Below, in pieces: positions 25,562 through 35,670 of a stretch of DNA of 46,213 nucleotides. The translations under genes and the position numbers were made by a program. The first letter of the stretch is position 1, and every line of letters starts with the position of its first letter. The stretch comes from an uncultured Methanosarcinales archaeon (GTDB lineage Archaea > Nanobdellota > Nanobdellia > Woesearchaeales > JAGVZT01), in contig CAYQPU010000009.1 of the NCBI GenBank assembly GCA_964419615.1, positions 1 through 46,213 of the forward strand, in the 5' to 3' direction. The notes beneath the pieces were generated by a model, which made no database searches, was not told the origin of the DNA, and saw only the letters and a program-made list of their open reading frames with translations.

Positions 25562-26392
25562 ATGGATATAACATTTATTATACCTGTTTATAATGAGCAG
25601 TTAAGTATTAGGAAAACAATTGAGGAAATTAAGGCACAAAAACCTGCCCAAATTATTGTTGTTGATGATGCTTCTACTGATGCAAGCTTTAGTATTCTTA
25701 AGAAAATCAAGGGAATTATGCTATTGCAGCACTCTTATAACAAAGGATACTCGTCTTCTATTAAAACAGCATTGAGAGTTGCAAAATCAGAATATGTATG
25801 TATTACCGATGCTGATGGTACATACCCTATTAATGAGTTTCCAAAGCTAGAACGATTTGTTAAAGATTATGATATGGTTGTTGGAGCAAGAGCAAAGCAA
25901 AACATACCTTTAATAAGAAAACCTGCAAAGTGGTTTTTAAGGATTTTGGCTAATTATCTTGCAGGAAGAAAGATACCAGATCTTAATTCGGGATTTAGGA
26001 TTTTTAATAAAAATATGGCTATGGAGTTTTTTCATTTGTATCCACAAAGGTTTTCTTTTACAGTTACTATCACACTTGCTTTTCTTACATCAGGTTATAG
26101 TGTTAAGTATGTTCCAATTAGTTATCATAAAAGAAAAGGTAAATCATCAATTAAGCCAAAACATTTTATTGAATTTATTAATTTGATTTTAAGGGTTGTA
26201 ACTTATTTTAATCCATTTAAGATATTTTTTACATTTTCAATATTACTCTTTTTATTAGCAGGGTTTGTTTTCATGTACTCCAAACTGGTTTTGGGAAGAG
26301 TTATGGATATTACTACGATTATTATTGCCCTTTCATCACTGCAGGTGTTTTTGTTTGGGCTTGTTGCTGATATGATTGCTAAAAGAAAATGA
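25562..26392 (+). CDS. GT2 glycosyltransferase (polyprenol-phosphate glycosyltransferase-like) with two C-terminal TM helices
   Basis: IIPVYNE, VVDDASTD, ITDADGTYP, DMVVGAR, DLNSGFR. Confidence 0.93.
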   Translation: MDITFIIPVYNEQLSIRKTIEEIKAQKPAQIIVVDDASTDASFSILKKIKGIMLLQHSYNKGYSSSIKTALRVAKSEYVCITDADGTYPINEFPKLERFVKDYDMVVGARAKQNIPLIRKPAKWFLRILANYLAGRKIPDLNSGFRIFNKNMAMEFFHLYPQRFSFTVTITLAFLTSGYSVKYVPISYHKRKGKSSIKPKHFIEFINLILRVVTYFNPFKIFFTFSILLFLLAGFVFMYSKLVLGRVMDITTIIIALSSLQVFLFGLVADMIAKRK

Positions 26393-27801
26393 AAATATTA
26401 TTGATTAATCCACCACTTGACAACATGCTTAGTAGTGAGGTTCCTTCTGTTGTGACTGAGGAACGAGGCCATAATCCACCAATTGGATTGTTGTATGTTG
26501 GAGCGAGTTTACAAAGAGCAAATTTTAATGTTGAGATTATTGATGCGCAGGCAGAAGAGCTTACTTATGATCAGCTTAAGAGGAGGATTGAGAGGTCAAA
26601 TCCAGATGTTGTTGGATTGTCTGTTACAACTTTTACATTAATTGATGGCTTGATTACTGCTCGAATTGCAAAAGAGATTAATCCAAATGTTAAGGTTATT
26701 TTTGGTGGAGCACACGTTCATATTTATCCAATACAGACTATTAATCTTAAGGAAGTTGATTTTTTAATTTTGGGAGAGGCTGAAAAGCCAATTGTTGATT
26801 TGATTAAGAATATTGATAATCCTGATAAGTTAAAGAATGTTGATAATCTTATCTATAAGCTTGATGGTAAGGTTGTGCAGAATCCATGGAAAGGTTATGA
26901 AGAAGATCTTGATGATTTGGCTTTTCCAGCTCGACATTTGACAAATCATAAGTTGTATTCTTCTTTGCTTGCTAAGAGGAATCCAGTTACAACTATGATC
27001 ACAAGTCGAGGTTGTCCGTATAATTGTTTGTTTTGTAATAGACCTAATATGGGCAAGTTGTTTAGAGCACGATCTCCTAATAATGTTGTTGATGAAATGG
27101 AAGAATGTGTGAATATGGGTATTAAAGAGTTTTTGATTTATGATGATACTTTTACTATTGATAGAAAAAGGGTTATTGGTATTGCTGATGAGATTAGGAA
27201 AAGAAAGCTTGATATTGGCTGGGATATTAGGGCAAGGATTAATACTATTGATTTAGCTATGCTTCAAAAGATTAAGAAGGCAGGTTGTGAGAGGATTCAT
27301 TATGGTGTTGAAGCTGGTAATCAGAAGATTTTGAATATTTTAAGAAAAGGTATTACAATTAAAGAAACAACAGCTGCCTTTAAGGTTACAAAGAAGACAG
27401 GAATTAGTACACTAGCTTATTTTATGATTGGATCTCCAAAAGAGACAGATAAGACAATTATGCAGACTATAAATTTTGCCAAGAAGCTTGATCCGGATTA
27501 TATTCATTTTTCTATTACTACTCCCTTTCCTGCAACTGATTTGTATGTTAGAGCACTGCAAGAAGGGATTATTAAAAAAGATGTTTGGCTTGAGTATGCA
27601 ACTAACCCAGATAAGAATTTTGTCCCACCACTTTATGAAGAGAATCTTAATAGAGATGAGTTGATTGGTTACCTCAAGTTAGCTTACAAGAGTTTTTACA
27701 CTAGGCCAAGTTATATTGTTAGAAGGGTTGCAAGTATTAGATCTCCTGGAGAGTTTAGAAGAAAGGTTAAAGCAGGTCTTAAGGTCCTGACAACCCGCTG
27801 A
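26389..27801 (+). CDS. B12-binding (class B-like) radical SAM protein
   Basis: LLINPP, PPIGLLYVGA, IFGGAHV, TSRGCPYNCLFC (CxxxCxxC), DDTFT, YGVEAG. Confidence 0.93.
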   Translation: MKILLINPPLDNMLSSEVPSVVTEERGHNPPIGLLYVGASLQRANFNVEIIDAQAEELTYDQLKRRIERSNPDVVGLSVTTFTLIDGLITARIAKEINPNVKVIFGGAHVHIYPIQTINLKEVDFLILGEAEKPIVDLIKNIDNPDKLKNVDNLIYKLDGKVVQNPWKGYEEDLDDLAFPARHLTNHKLYSSLLAKRNPVTTMITSRGCPYNCLFCNRPNMGKLFRARSPNNVVDEMEECVNMGIKEFLIYDDTFTIDRKRVIGIADEIRKRKLDIGWDIRARINTIDLAMLQKIKKAGCERIHYGVEAGNQKILNILRKGITIKETTAAFKVTKKTGISTLAYFMIGSPKETDKTIMQTINFAKKLDPDYIHFSITTPFPATDLYVRALQEGIIKKDVWLEYATNPDKNFVPPLYEENLNRDELIGYLKLAYKSFYTRPSYIVRRVASIRSPGEFRRKVKAGLKVLTTR

Positions 27802-27830
27802 GAATATAGTATTGAGAGTTGTTAGGACAC

Positions 27831-27906
27831 AAAAAAGCAGACAGAAAAAATGCAACTTAAGATTAATTGTATATCTCATATGTAAAGAAAATAGATCTGC
27901 TTTTTT
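27831..27906. terminator. Candidate bidirectional terminator between convergent genes
   Basis: Perfect 11-bp IR AAAAAAGCAGA (27831-27841) / TCTGCTTTTTT (27896-27906). Confidence 0.55.
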
Positions 27907-28970
27907 CAGTGTACTTGTTTCATAATCTTAGCTAGATCAGATCCAATTACATCCATGTTATAGTTGTTTTCAACTGTTTTTCTTGCATTTGTTTTTAGTT
28001 TAGAAAGTAATTTTTTGTCTTGGGCTAATAATTCACAGCTTTTGATAAAGTCTTGTTCTGTTTTAACTATTAGTCCATTATGATTGTGTTTGATTACCTT
28101 TCCACTTTCACCAACATCTGTTGATATGATTGCCAGATTTTTTGCCATGTACTCAAATAATTTTGTTGGGCTTTTGGAGCGGTTGTATTTTGTGTTTTTT
28201 AATAGTATAAATAGTCCAACATCTATTGTGTTAAGATATGATGGAATTTTGTCTGGATTGATTCTGCCCTTGAATACTATATTTGGGTTGGATAGTTTTT
28301 TGATCACCTGCTCAACTTGTTTCATGTGATCTCCACCACCAACAATTTCTAGTTTAGCATTTTTGTTTTTGATTTTGTCAAAGTTGTTTACAATGAATAA
28401 TACATTTTGGAGTGCTTCTTTGTCAACAATCACACCCATCCAACAGAAAGTTACTTGTTTTGTTGCTTTTGATTTAGATGGTTTGAATATTTGTAGATCT
28501 ACTCCAGTTGATACATAATAGACCTTTCGATTGAATTTTTTTAATAAGGTTTGAAGGAATTTAGATGCAGTAACACAAAATATTGATCGTCTTGCAAGGA
28601 TTTTGAGTAGTGGTTTTGAGATTATGCTTTGTTCATATTCATAATCATCATAATCTAGTACTAACCTGTTTCCTTTTAAGAAATGAACTATTAAGGGTGC
28701 TAAGGAAAAAAAGCCAGATTTCTGAACATAAAAGATTGTTCTTTTGTCCTGTTTTAAGAGGTGTTTGATTGCTCTAATAATTAGTGTTAATCTTTCAAAG
28801 TGACTTACCTTATATGATTGTTGACCATCATGACTTGCATTAAGATGATCCTTAAATGAGAACACTTCTGCATTTACTTTGTTTTTAACAAGTTCTTTAG
28901 CAAATCTGTAACAGCGGACTCTAACATTTGTTGTATCATACCCATCATAGCAGACAAAAAGGATTTTCAT
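27906..28970 (-). CDS. GT4 glycosyltransferase
   Basis: RVRCYRFAKEL, STGVDLQIF, KSPTKLFEYMA..LAIISTDVGE. Confidence 0.92.
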   Translation of the reverse strand: MKILFVCYDGYDTTNVRVRCYRFAKELVKNKVNAEVFSFKDHLNASHDGQQSYKVSHFERLTLIIRAIKHLLKQDKRTIFYVQKSGFFSLAPLIVHFLKGNRLVLDYDDYEYEQSIISKPLLKILARRSIFCVTASKFLQTLLKKFNRKVYYVSTGVDLQIFKPSKSKATKQVTFCWMGVIVDKEALQNVLFIVNNFDKIKNKNAKLEIVGGGDHMKQVEQVIKKLSNPNIVFKGRINPDKIPSYLNTIDVGLFILLKNTKYNRSKSPTKLFEYMAKNLAIISTDVGESGKVIKHNHNGLIVKTEQDFIKSCELLAQDKKLLSKLKTNARKTVENNYNMDVIGSDLAKIMKQVH

Positions 28971-28991
28971 TTTATTTTAAATTTGATTTGT

Positions 28992-30413
28992 TTATAATTT
29001 TAATTTGGATTCAATTACAGCTTTAGCAATCCCTGGACCGCGCAGTAAACTTAGTTTTGCTAAATGTAGCATACCTCCTTCTTGGTAAGCCATCTTGATT
29101 AGTTTTGTGAATTCTCCAGATTGTAGGAATTTTCTATAAACGGAGTTTTTTCCAAGTTCATATAGTTTATTTGTTTGTTTGGCACTAAGTGTTGGAAGAT
29201 CAACTATTGCTCCTTTTGCACCATCAAAGTCTTGCCAGGAGTCATATCTTAACCAACCATTTTGTTTGGCTGTTTCAAAATAAGGTGTACCTGGGTATGG
29301 TGTGCAGATGCTTATTTGATATGAATCCCCATATTCCATTGCAAATCTTATTGTATCTTTGACTTTCTTTTCTGTATCACCAGGAAGACCAATTGCATAG
29401 GTTAAGTGAGTTCTTATTCCCAAGTCTTTGCAATTTTTTACAGCTTTTTTAACTGAGTCTATTGTGATGCCTTTGCCAAGCTGTTTTAATACATCATCAC
29501 TGCTTGATTCAACCCCAAATTTTAATGCAGTACATCCAGCTCTTTTCATTAGTTTCAGTGTTTGTTTAGTTATTTTGCTATGAGCCATAGCACTAAATGG
29601 AATGTCAATTTTGCGTTTGATTTTTTGTTCACAGAATTTTTCTAGTTGGTCTGGTTTTCCATTAACTAAATCATCATCAAAGTAGAATTCCTTTGGATTG
29701 TATTTTTCAATGCAATGCTCTATTTCATCCAAGATGTCACTTGGATTTCTAAATCTATAATTTCTACCACCATACATCATAAAGATTGTACAGTATGAAC
29801 AGCGGTAATAACAGCCTCTTGATGCGAGCATTTGTATGTTTGGATAGTTATTGCAGAATGGTTCATTGTATAAACTCATGTCAAACATGTGGCGTGCTGG
29901 CCAAGGTATTTTATTGATGTCAACTAATTCTTTGACTCTGATTATTTTTTCTTTTGGTTTTTTTGATTTACTGTCAACTATGTTCTTAAGCAAGAATTCA
30001 TATTCTCCAATCAAGGCATGATCAACAAATTTGTTTTTTACAACTTTGTCTGGAAGTGCAGATACATGCTGACCACCTAGTACTATTTTAGCATTTGTGA
30101 TTTGTTTTATTTTGTCCATAAACCACATATCATTGTGATAAGATGGTGTTGCGATCTCAGAGAAAACAAGATCAGGTTTGAATTTTTCTACCTGTTTTAG
30201 GAATTCATTTTCAGGTATGTTTTGGGCAAGAGCATCTATCACACCAACTGTGTGGTTTTTTTCAAGCAAAGCTGCTGCACTTCCCAAATAAAATGGAAAA
30301 GGTCTATAGCTTACTATTTTCTGGTTTTTACTGTGACTGTGTGCCCACCTAGAACCAGCTCTAACAGCATAATCTTTGCCTCTCCAAGGTGGATTTACAA
30401 GTAGGATTTTCAT
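28992..30413 (-). CDS. B12-binding radical SAM protein (HpnJ-like N-terminus)
   Basis: LLVNPPW..RAGSRW, ASRGCYYRCSYC, DDDLVN, FGVESSSD. Confidence 0.92.
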   Translation of the reverse strand: MKILLVNPPWRGKDYAVRAGSRWAHSHSKNQKIVSYRPFPFYLGSAAALLEKNHTVGVIDALAQNIPENEFLKQVEKFKPDLVFSEIATPSYHNDMWFMDKIKQITNAKIVLGGQHVSALPDKVVKNKFVDHALIGEYEFLLKNIVDSKSKKPKEKIIRVKELVDINKIPWPARHMFDMSLYNEPFCNNYPNIQMLASRGCYYRCSYCTIFMMYGGRNYRFRNPSDILDEIEHCIEKYNPKEFYFDDDLVNGKPDQLEKFCEQKIKRKIDIPFSAMAHSKITKQTLKLMKRAGCTALKFGVESSSDDVLKQLGKGITIDSVKKAVKNCKDLGIRTHLTYAIGLPGDTEKKVKDTIRFAMEYGDSYQISICTPYPGTPYFETAKQNGWLRYDSWQDFDGAKGAIVDLPTLSAKQTNKLYELGKNSVYRKFLQSGEFTKLIKMAYQEGGMLHLAKLSLLRGPGIAKAVIESKLKL

Positions 30414-30449
30414 TAGATTGAGTAAAGAAGTTTGGTTTAAAAGCTTTTC

Positions 30450-30779
30450 CTACAAGTTTTTCATTGCTCTAATCCAGTTTATTGCTCTGGTTTCAATTGT
30501 GGTATATTTTGTGCTATCACTACCATAATAAGCAATTCTTAGTCCTGCATCAATAATATTTCCAAAACCAATACCTGCGATCAAACCACAACCAGTACTA
30601 ATTAGTTTTGTTCCAAGAGTAGATCCAGATTCTGGCATTGAGATTACTCCGATTATGCCTTCAACAACTCCAATTGTGCCTTGAGTTAGAGCACCTCTAT
30701 TTTCCCAAGCTTTTTGCATACAATAGTCTTTTACGTCTCCAAATGCATCCTTCATGGAATAATCAATATTAACTACCAT
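30450..30779 (-). CDS. Small Gly-rich hypothetical membrane protein
   Basis: GTIGVVEGIIGVI and GCGLIAGIGFG glycine-zipper-like segments. Confidence 0.6.
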   Translation of the reverse strand: MVVNIDYSMKDAFGDVKDYCMQKAWENRGALTQGTIGVVEGIIGVISMPESGSTLGTKLISTGCGLIAGIGFGNIIDAGLRIAYYGSDSTKYTTIETRAINWIRAMKNL

Positions 30780-31006
30780 ATCTTTAGATATACTTAGAAC
30801 TTAAAAAAGATTTGTGTGATCAAAAAGTAGTATTAGCGTTAAGAAAATCTGCCAAATTAATCTTCTAATTTCACAATAAACAAAAATTACCTCTTTTTCA
30901 TAGCAGCAGATTTTCAAACTCAAAATTATCTGGACCTAAAATGTGGGCTTTAGGCCCATCACATTTTGAGTAATATTTTTAAAACAGAGCACTAATTACA
31001 GGAATT

Positions 31007-32119
31007 ATGAAGATTTTGGTGCTTAATGCTTTTGGAGAAAGAGCAGCAACAACTATAAGAATGAAGCATCTTTCAAAGGAGCTTTCAAAACATCATAAAA
31101 TTGTATTTGTTAGTTATGCAGAGAATCCAAGAAAGCTGCACAGCAGGAATTTTCACCATGTTGTTTTTAAACAATTCTTACCAAGCCCGTTTTATCATTT
31201 TTTCCAGATGTTTCTAAAACTTTTTGTTTGCCTTTTTAAAAAATATGATGTTATTTATGTTTCAAAGCCACTACCTTGGGCATTATTTCCTGCTTTGATT
31301 GCTAAAGCTATTAGAAAGAAACCAATTATTCTGGATTGGGATGAGCATGAGTATGCTATTATTAGTAGGGTGACTAGGTTTAAGCTATATTTGAAGTTAA
31401 TGGGTGTGATTGAGAAAAAAGGTGTAATGAGTGCAGACAAACTTGTTGTGGTTAGTCCTTATTTAAAGAGATTAGCACTAAGATGGGGTGTTTCTAAGAA
31501 AAAAATAAGAGTTGTTCAAAACGGAGTTAATATTAAAGAATTTAAGCCATCTAGTTCAAAAGAAGAAGTAAGGAAAAAATTTGGTTTGGGTGGAAAGATT
31601 GTGATGTTTGTTGGTGCTTTAAGAAAGCAATTTGATATTGATATCTTGTTTAAATCCATGCCTTATATTCATGAAGAAGTTGATAATGTAATGCTTGTTA
31701 TTGTGGGAAGAGGAGAATATGAAGGTGAATTAAGGATGCTTGCAAATAAACTCCACATTCCGGTTACATTCCTTGGATATCAACCCTACAAAAATGTACC
31801 TTCAATTATGAATGCTGCGGATGTTGTGGTTGCTCCAAATAGAAATAATAATATGAATAAATCTAGAAGTCCAGTCAAGATTGCTGAGTACATGGCTGTT
31901 GGCGTGCCTGTTGTTGGTAATGCTGTTGGTCTTGCTGATGAGATGCTTCCAAAAAAGAGTAAGGTTTTATCTGATCAACCAGATGAAATGGCTGAAAAGA
32001 TTATTAATATTCTAAGTAACAGAAGTCTAGCAAGTGAGCTTAGGTCACAAAACAAATTAAGAGTTAAAAAGTACACCTGGAAAGCACTAGGTCAAGAACT
32101 TAATGATTTTATCTCTTGA
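31007..32119 (+). CDS. GT4 glycosyltransferase
   Basis: LDWDEHEY, NGVNIKEF, RSPVKIAEYMAVGVPVVGNAVG. Confidence 0.92.
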   Translation: MKILVLNAFGERAATTIRMKHLSKELSKHHKIVFVSYAENPRKLHSRNFHHVVFKQFLPSPFYHFFQMFLKLFVCLFKKYDVIYVSKPLPWALFPALIAKAIRKKPIILDWDEHEYAIISRVTRFKLYLKLMGVIEKKGVMSADKLVVVSPYLKRLALRWGVSKKKIRVVQNGVNIKEFKPSSSKEEVRKKFGLGGKIVMFVGALRKQFDIDILFKSMPYIHEEVDNVMLVIVGRGEYEGELRMLANKLHIPVTFLGYQPYKNVPSIMNAADVVVAPNRNNNMNKSRSPVKIAEYMAVGVPVVGNAVGLADEMLPKKSKVLSDQPDEMAEKIINILSNRSLASELRSQNKLRVKKYTWKALGQELNDFIS

Positions 32120-33239
32120 TAGAATTATAAAAATTCTCAATTTTATTAGTAATTATGTCCCAATCAAAGTTTTGCTCTGTTTTCTTTCGACCGTGTTTTG
32201 CAAATTTAGCTGCTTTTTTCTGGTCTTTGAGAAGAAATTGGATTTTTTCTGCCAAGGATTCAATATTTCTTTGCTTGACTAAGAATCCGTTTTTATTATT
32301 GTCTATTACATCAACCACACCATCTGAGTAATATGCAATACAAGGAACATTACAGGCAAATGCTTCAACCAACACCATTCCAAATCCTTCTCTTGTTGAG
32401 GGTAAAATTAGGATTTGGGATTTTTTTACCTCTTTTACTAGATCTTTGTATTTGATTTTTCCAAAGAACTTGATTGTTTTGTCTAATCTTTTTTGTTTGG
32501 TTAGGTTTTTTAGTTTGCTCTGCTCTTGACCACTTCCAACAATTTTTAGTTTTACTTTTGGAATTTCTTTTTTTACCAATTCAATTGCTTTTATCAAATC
32601 ATCAACATGCTTATGTGGTATCAATCTTCCAACATATACCACTGTTTTTGTATCTTTAGTTTTTATTTTTATACTGTCAATTAGCTTTATATCTACTCCA
32701 TCACCAATTACTTTGATTTTATGAGATTTTAATTTATATTCACTGACCATTCTTTTTTTGACTACTGTTCCTACTGTAAGAATTTTATTAAAAGGAAGAT
32801 GAAGCAGAATCTTTTCTGATAGTTCTGCAAATTTTCTTGATTGTACCCATTGATCTGATTTTCCTGAACTTAGGTCATGTACAACTGTGATTGTTTTGGC
32901 TGATTTGAAAAGCCCAATTAGTGAGACCGGAACCATACTTACCCAGGCGTTTGCTTCAATAATGTCATATTTTTTGTTTGACAACCATTTGATTGCAGCG
33001 AGTATAAACTTTAAGAAATCAAGTTTTGTTCTCTTTGGTGGTTTTGCAATAACTGGACCAATATGATGAACATTTATGCCATCTATTTTTTCATAGTTCT
33101 TTACTCCTTTTATCTTCATACAGATAAGATCTACATGATGACCTTTCTTAACTAGTCTTTTGAGTATTTCATAATATCTTCTTTCTCCACCACCTTGATA
33201 GTGAGGTACAAAAAAATCTGTTACTATACATATTTTCAT
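32109..33239 (-). CDS. GT4 glycosyltransferase
   Basis: Start MKICIV at 33239 (overlaps upstream stop); GGGERR, YVGRLIPHK, PSTREGFGMVLVEAFAC. Confidence 0.93.
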   Translation of the reverse strand: MKICIVTDFFVPHYQGGGERRYYEILKRLVKKGHHVDLICMKIKGVKNYEKIDGINVHHIGPVIAKPPKRTKLDFLKFILAAIKWLSNKKYDIIEANAWVSMVPVSLIGLFKSAKTITVVHDLSSGKSDQWVQSRKFAELSEKILLHLPFNKILTVGTVVKKRMVSEYKLKSHKIKVIGDGVDIKLIDSIKIKTKDTKTVVYVGRLIPHKHVDDLIKAIELVKKEIPKVKLKIVGSGQEQSKLKNLTKQKRLDKTIKFFGKIKYKDLVKEVKKSQILILPSTREGFGMVLVEAFACNVPCIAYYSDGVVDVIDNNKNGFLVKQRNIESLAEKIQFLLKDQKKAAKFAKHGRKKTEQNFDWDIITNKIENFYNSIKR

Positions 33240-34351
33240 TTTGAGTATAATTTTTCTACTTGATTTGATATGTTTTTCCAGTTGTAGTGTTTGATTATTT
33301 CTTTTTGTTCTTTTGTGCATTTGTTGTAAAGTTTTTTGTCTTTGAATAGTTGGGATAGTTTAAGTGCAAGATCTTGTGGGTTTTTCGGTTTGAAGAATAA
33401 GCCACCCTTGTCTTTTGATACTTCTTTGTATGGTGGGATATCAGAACATACAAATGGTGTTTGACAGGCAATTGCTTCAAGTAGTGTTATTCCAAATCCT
33501 TCAACAACACTTGGTGAACAAAAGATGTGGCTTTTTTTCATTACTTTTAATACATCTTTGTGTTCATCTAAGAAGCCTAAGAATTCAACATTTTTAGGAG
33601 CTTGTTTTTCAAGCTCTGCTTTGGCTGGTCCTAATCCAACAATTTTGCACTGAATTGGTTGTTTGATTAGTTTTACTGCTTTTATTAAGTCAATTACTCT
33701 CTTGTGCTCTGTGATTCTTCCAGTAAAACAGATTGTTGGTTTTTTGTACTTTGTTGTTTTGAATTTATATTCTTCTAAATCTACACCGTTGTGAATAACA
33801 TGAATGTTTTTGTTTTTAATTCCATGTTTGACTAGTAATTGTTTTGTGAAGTCTGATACAGCAATAATGTTTGTGTTAGTTAGTTTTGATAGGAATAAGA
33901 CTTTTCTTTCAAATAATTCTCCGATTATTCCAAGAAAGTTAGTGTTTTTTATCCAGCTTCCAATCCAGACTTCATGATAGGTTAGAAATCTTTTTGCTTT
34001 ATTGAATACTGTTGCTATAAATGCACTTGGATACGCAAAAAAGCTGCAGCCCTCAACCACATGAATTTGTCTTTTATTTACAAGAGCTCTTGCTTTTAAT
34101 CCTGCAACTGCACTAAACAACATTCTTTGAGTGAGATGGCCTGTTTGAGTGTAAGGGTATTTTGGGCCAACTCTTAATACATTTATGCCTTCAAGTTTGT
34201 ATTGTCTTTTTTTGCCTTTATAAGAGGTTAGCACATAAACAGTGTGTTTTTTAGCTAGCTCTTTTGCGACATTATAGGCCCTTGATTCAATTCCTCCAGT
34301 GATGTCTGTACTTGACTCTGGGAAGAATTCGGTTATTAGTATTATGTTCAT
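33236..34351 (-). CDS. GT4 glycosyltransferase
   Basis: GGIESR, NGVDLEEY, FTGRITEHK, PSVVEGFGITLLEAIAC. Confidence 0.93.
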   Translation of the reverse strand: MNIILITEFFPESSTDITGGIESRAYNVAKELAKKHTVYVLTSYKGKKRQYKLEGINVLRVGPKYPYTQTGHLTQRMLFSAVAGLKARALVNKRQIHVVEGCSFFAYPSAFIATVFNKAKRFLTYHEVWIGSWIKNTNFLGIIGELFERKVLFLSKLTNTNIIAVSDFTKQLLVKHGIKNKNIHVIHNGVDLEEYKFKTTKYKKPTICFTGRITEHKRVIDLIKAVKLIKQPIQCKIVGLGPAKAELEKQAPKNVEFLGFLDEHKDVLKVMKKSHIFCSPSVVEGFGITLLEAIACQTPFVCSDIPPYKEVSKDKGGLFFKPKNPQDLALKLSQLFKDKKLYNKCTKEQKEIIKHYNWKNISNQVEKLYSK

Positions 34352-34385
34352 AACTAAAGGTTTTTCCGAGAGTTTAAAAGAATTT

Positions 34386-35273
34386 CTACAAAATTTGATA
34401 GGGCATGTGAAGTTTTTGTGCTACATCAACCATAATGTCAACAACACTATCACCAAATTCCAGTGCTGCAGGAGTATTTCTGTAATCTTGACCACTAACT
34501 GTTCGAGGCACATTTATGGTAACCATGGTCTGCTTTTTTGGTAGATACACTTTGGATTCCTGATCTTCTGGAATTTCCGAGTATTGAAAACCAAATTCTG
34601 GTAGAATCTCATTATTTATTCTTCTAAATACCCATGGTTCAAATTCTTGTTTTAATAATTTAAGTAGTCCAGAGCTTAGTTTTTCTGCATAATTGATAAG
34701 TTCATTTTCTACAATATTTATTGCAATGGCGCCATTTTCAACATTCAACATCTCAGGGTACTCCATAATTGAAGGTAGTCCTATTAATGAGGTAAGATTA
34801 TAATCTTGGATAAATTCGTGATTTTGTTGAACACTTGACCCGGTAAGAAGAGTAATATATGGTCCATCAATACCCATTTTTTCAATTAACTTTCTAAATT
34901 CTTTTGGCCATTTTTTGTCTCCTTGAACAACTACTCCATCTTTGTCTAGTATGAGTAATTCAATTCCTTTTTGAGCAGCTTTGCTGTAAAAGTCAATGAC
35001 TCCAAATATTGCTTCTTTTTCAGATACAAAACCATACTTGAGAGCAGCAACTTTTTCTTTTACACTATCCAGAGCATTTGCAGGAGCGCATGCATAACCT
35101 AATCCATCTAATTCTAGCATAGGTAAGTCATTTTCTCCATCTCCCATTGTTCCCACCTTACTTAATGGAACATTATACCTATCTGCGACTAAAGTTGCAG
35201 ATTCATCTTTTGTTATTAGTGCTGCATCTATTGCAGCTGGGGATTTTGATATTATGACTTTTCTTTGATTCAT
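34386..35273 (-). CDS. Circularly permuted Cof-type (HAD IIB) phosphatase
   Basis: Motif order III (K22), IV (GDGENDLPML 44-53), APANA (63-67), then I (LILDKDG, D110/D112), II (LLTGS, T144), ENGA (179-182), cap. Confidence 0.88.
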   Translation of the reverse strand: MNQRKVIISKSPAAIDAALITKDESATLVADRYNVPLSKVGTMGDGENDLPMLELDGLGYACAPANALDSVKEKVAALKYGFVSEKEAIFGVIDFYSKAAQKGIELLILDKDGVVVQGDKKWPKEFRKLIEKMGIDGPYITLLTGSSVQQNHEFIQDYNLTSLIGLPSIMEYPEMLNVENGAIAINIVENELINYAEKLSSGLLKLLKQEFEPWVFRRINNEILPEFGFQYSEIPEDQESKVYLPKKQTMVTINVPRTVSGQDYRNTPAALEFGDSVVDIMVDVAQKLHMPYQIL

Positions 35274-35342
35274 TTGATATTTAGAGAATCAGTATTTGTT
35301 TTTTAATCTTGCTCAAACATATTTAAAAGATCTAGCTCATTG

Positions 35343-35666
35343 CTATTTCTTAGATTTGGCTATTTCTCTTACTATCTTTGTTAGATCTTGTCCTGTTTCA
35401 TCTAATTTGACATAGACTCTGAAGATTAGGTAGAATAGTACAATAATGCTGATGGCAATCAAGAAGTCCATTCCCCTTCTAAATCCTGCTTTGTTTGACA
35501 GGTAATTTAATAGACCTGGAAAAAACGCAAAACCCATTGCTCCAGTCCAAATACCTGACCAGAATAAAAATTCACCAAGTTTGATCTTGTTTTCTCTATA
35601 TCTTAAAAAAGCTCGACTTATGGCAAACAATCCAAAAACAATTACAATTATGTGTATTAAGCTCAT
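35343..35666 (-). CDS. DUF2304 family membrane protein
   Basis: Three TM segments; FLFWSGIW..FFP; G..RGMD; LTKIVREIA; adjacent to a GT2 gene. Confidence 0.88.
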   Translation of the reverse strand: MSLIHIIVIVFGLFAISRAFLRYRENKIKLGEFLFWSGIWTGAMGFAFFPGLLNYLSNKAGFRRGMDFLIAISIIVLFYLIFRVYVKLDETGQDLTKIVREIAKSKK

Positions 35667-35670
35667 TTTT

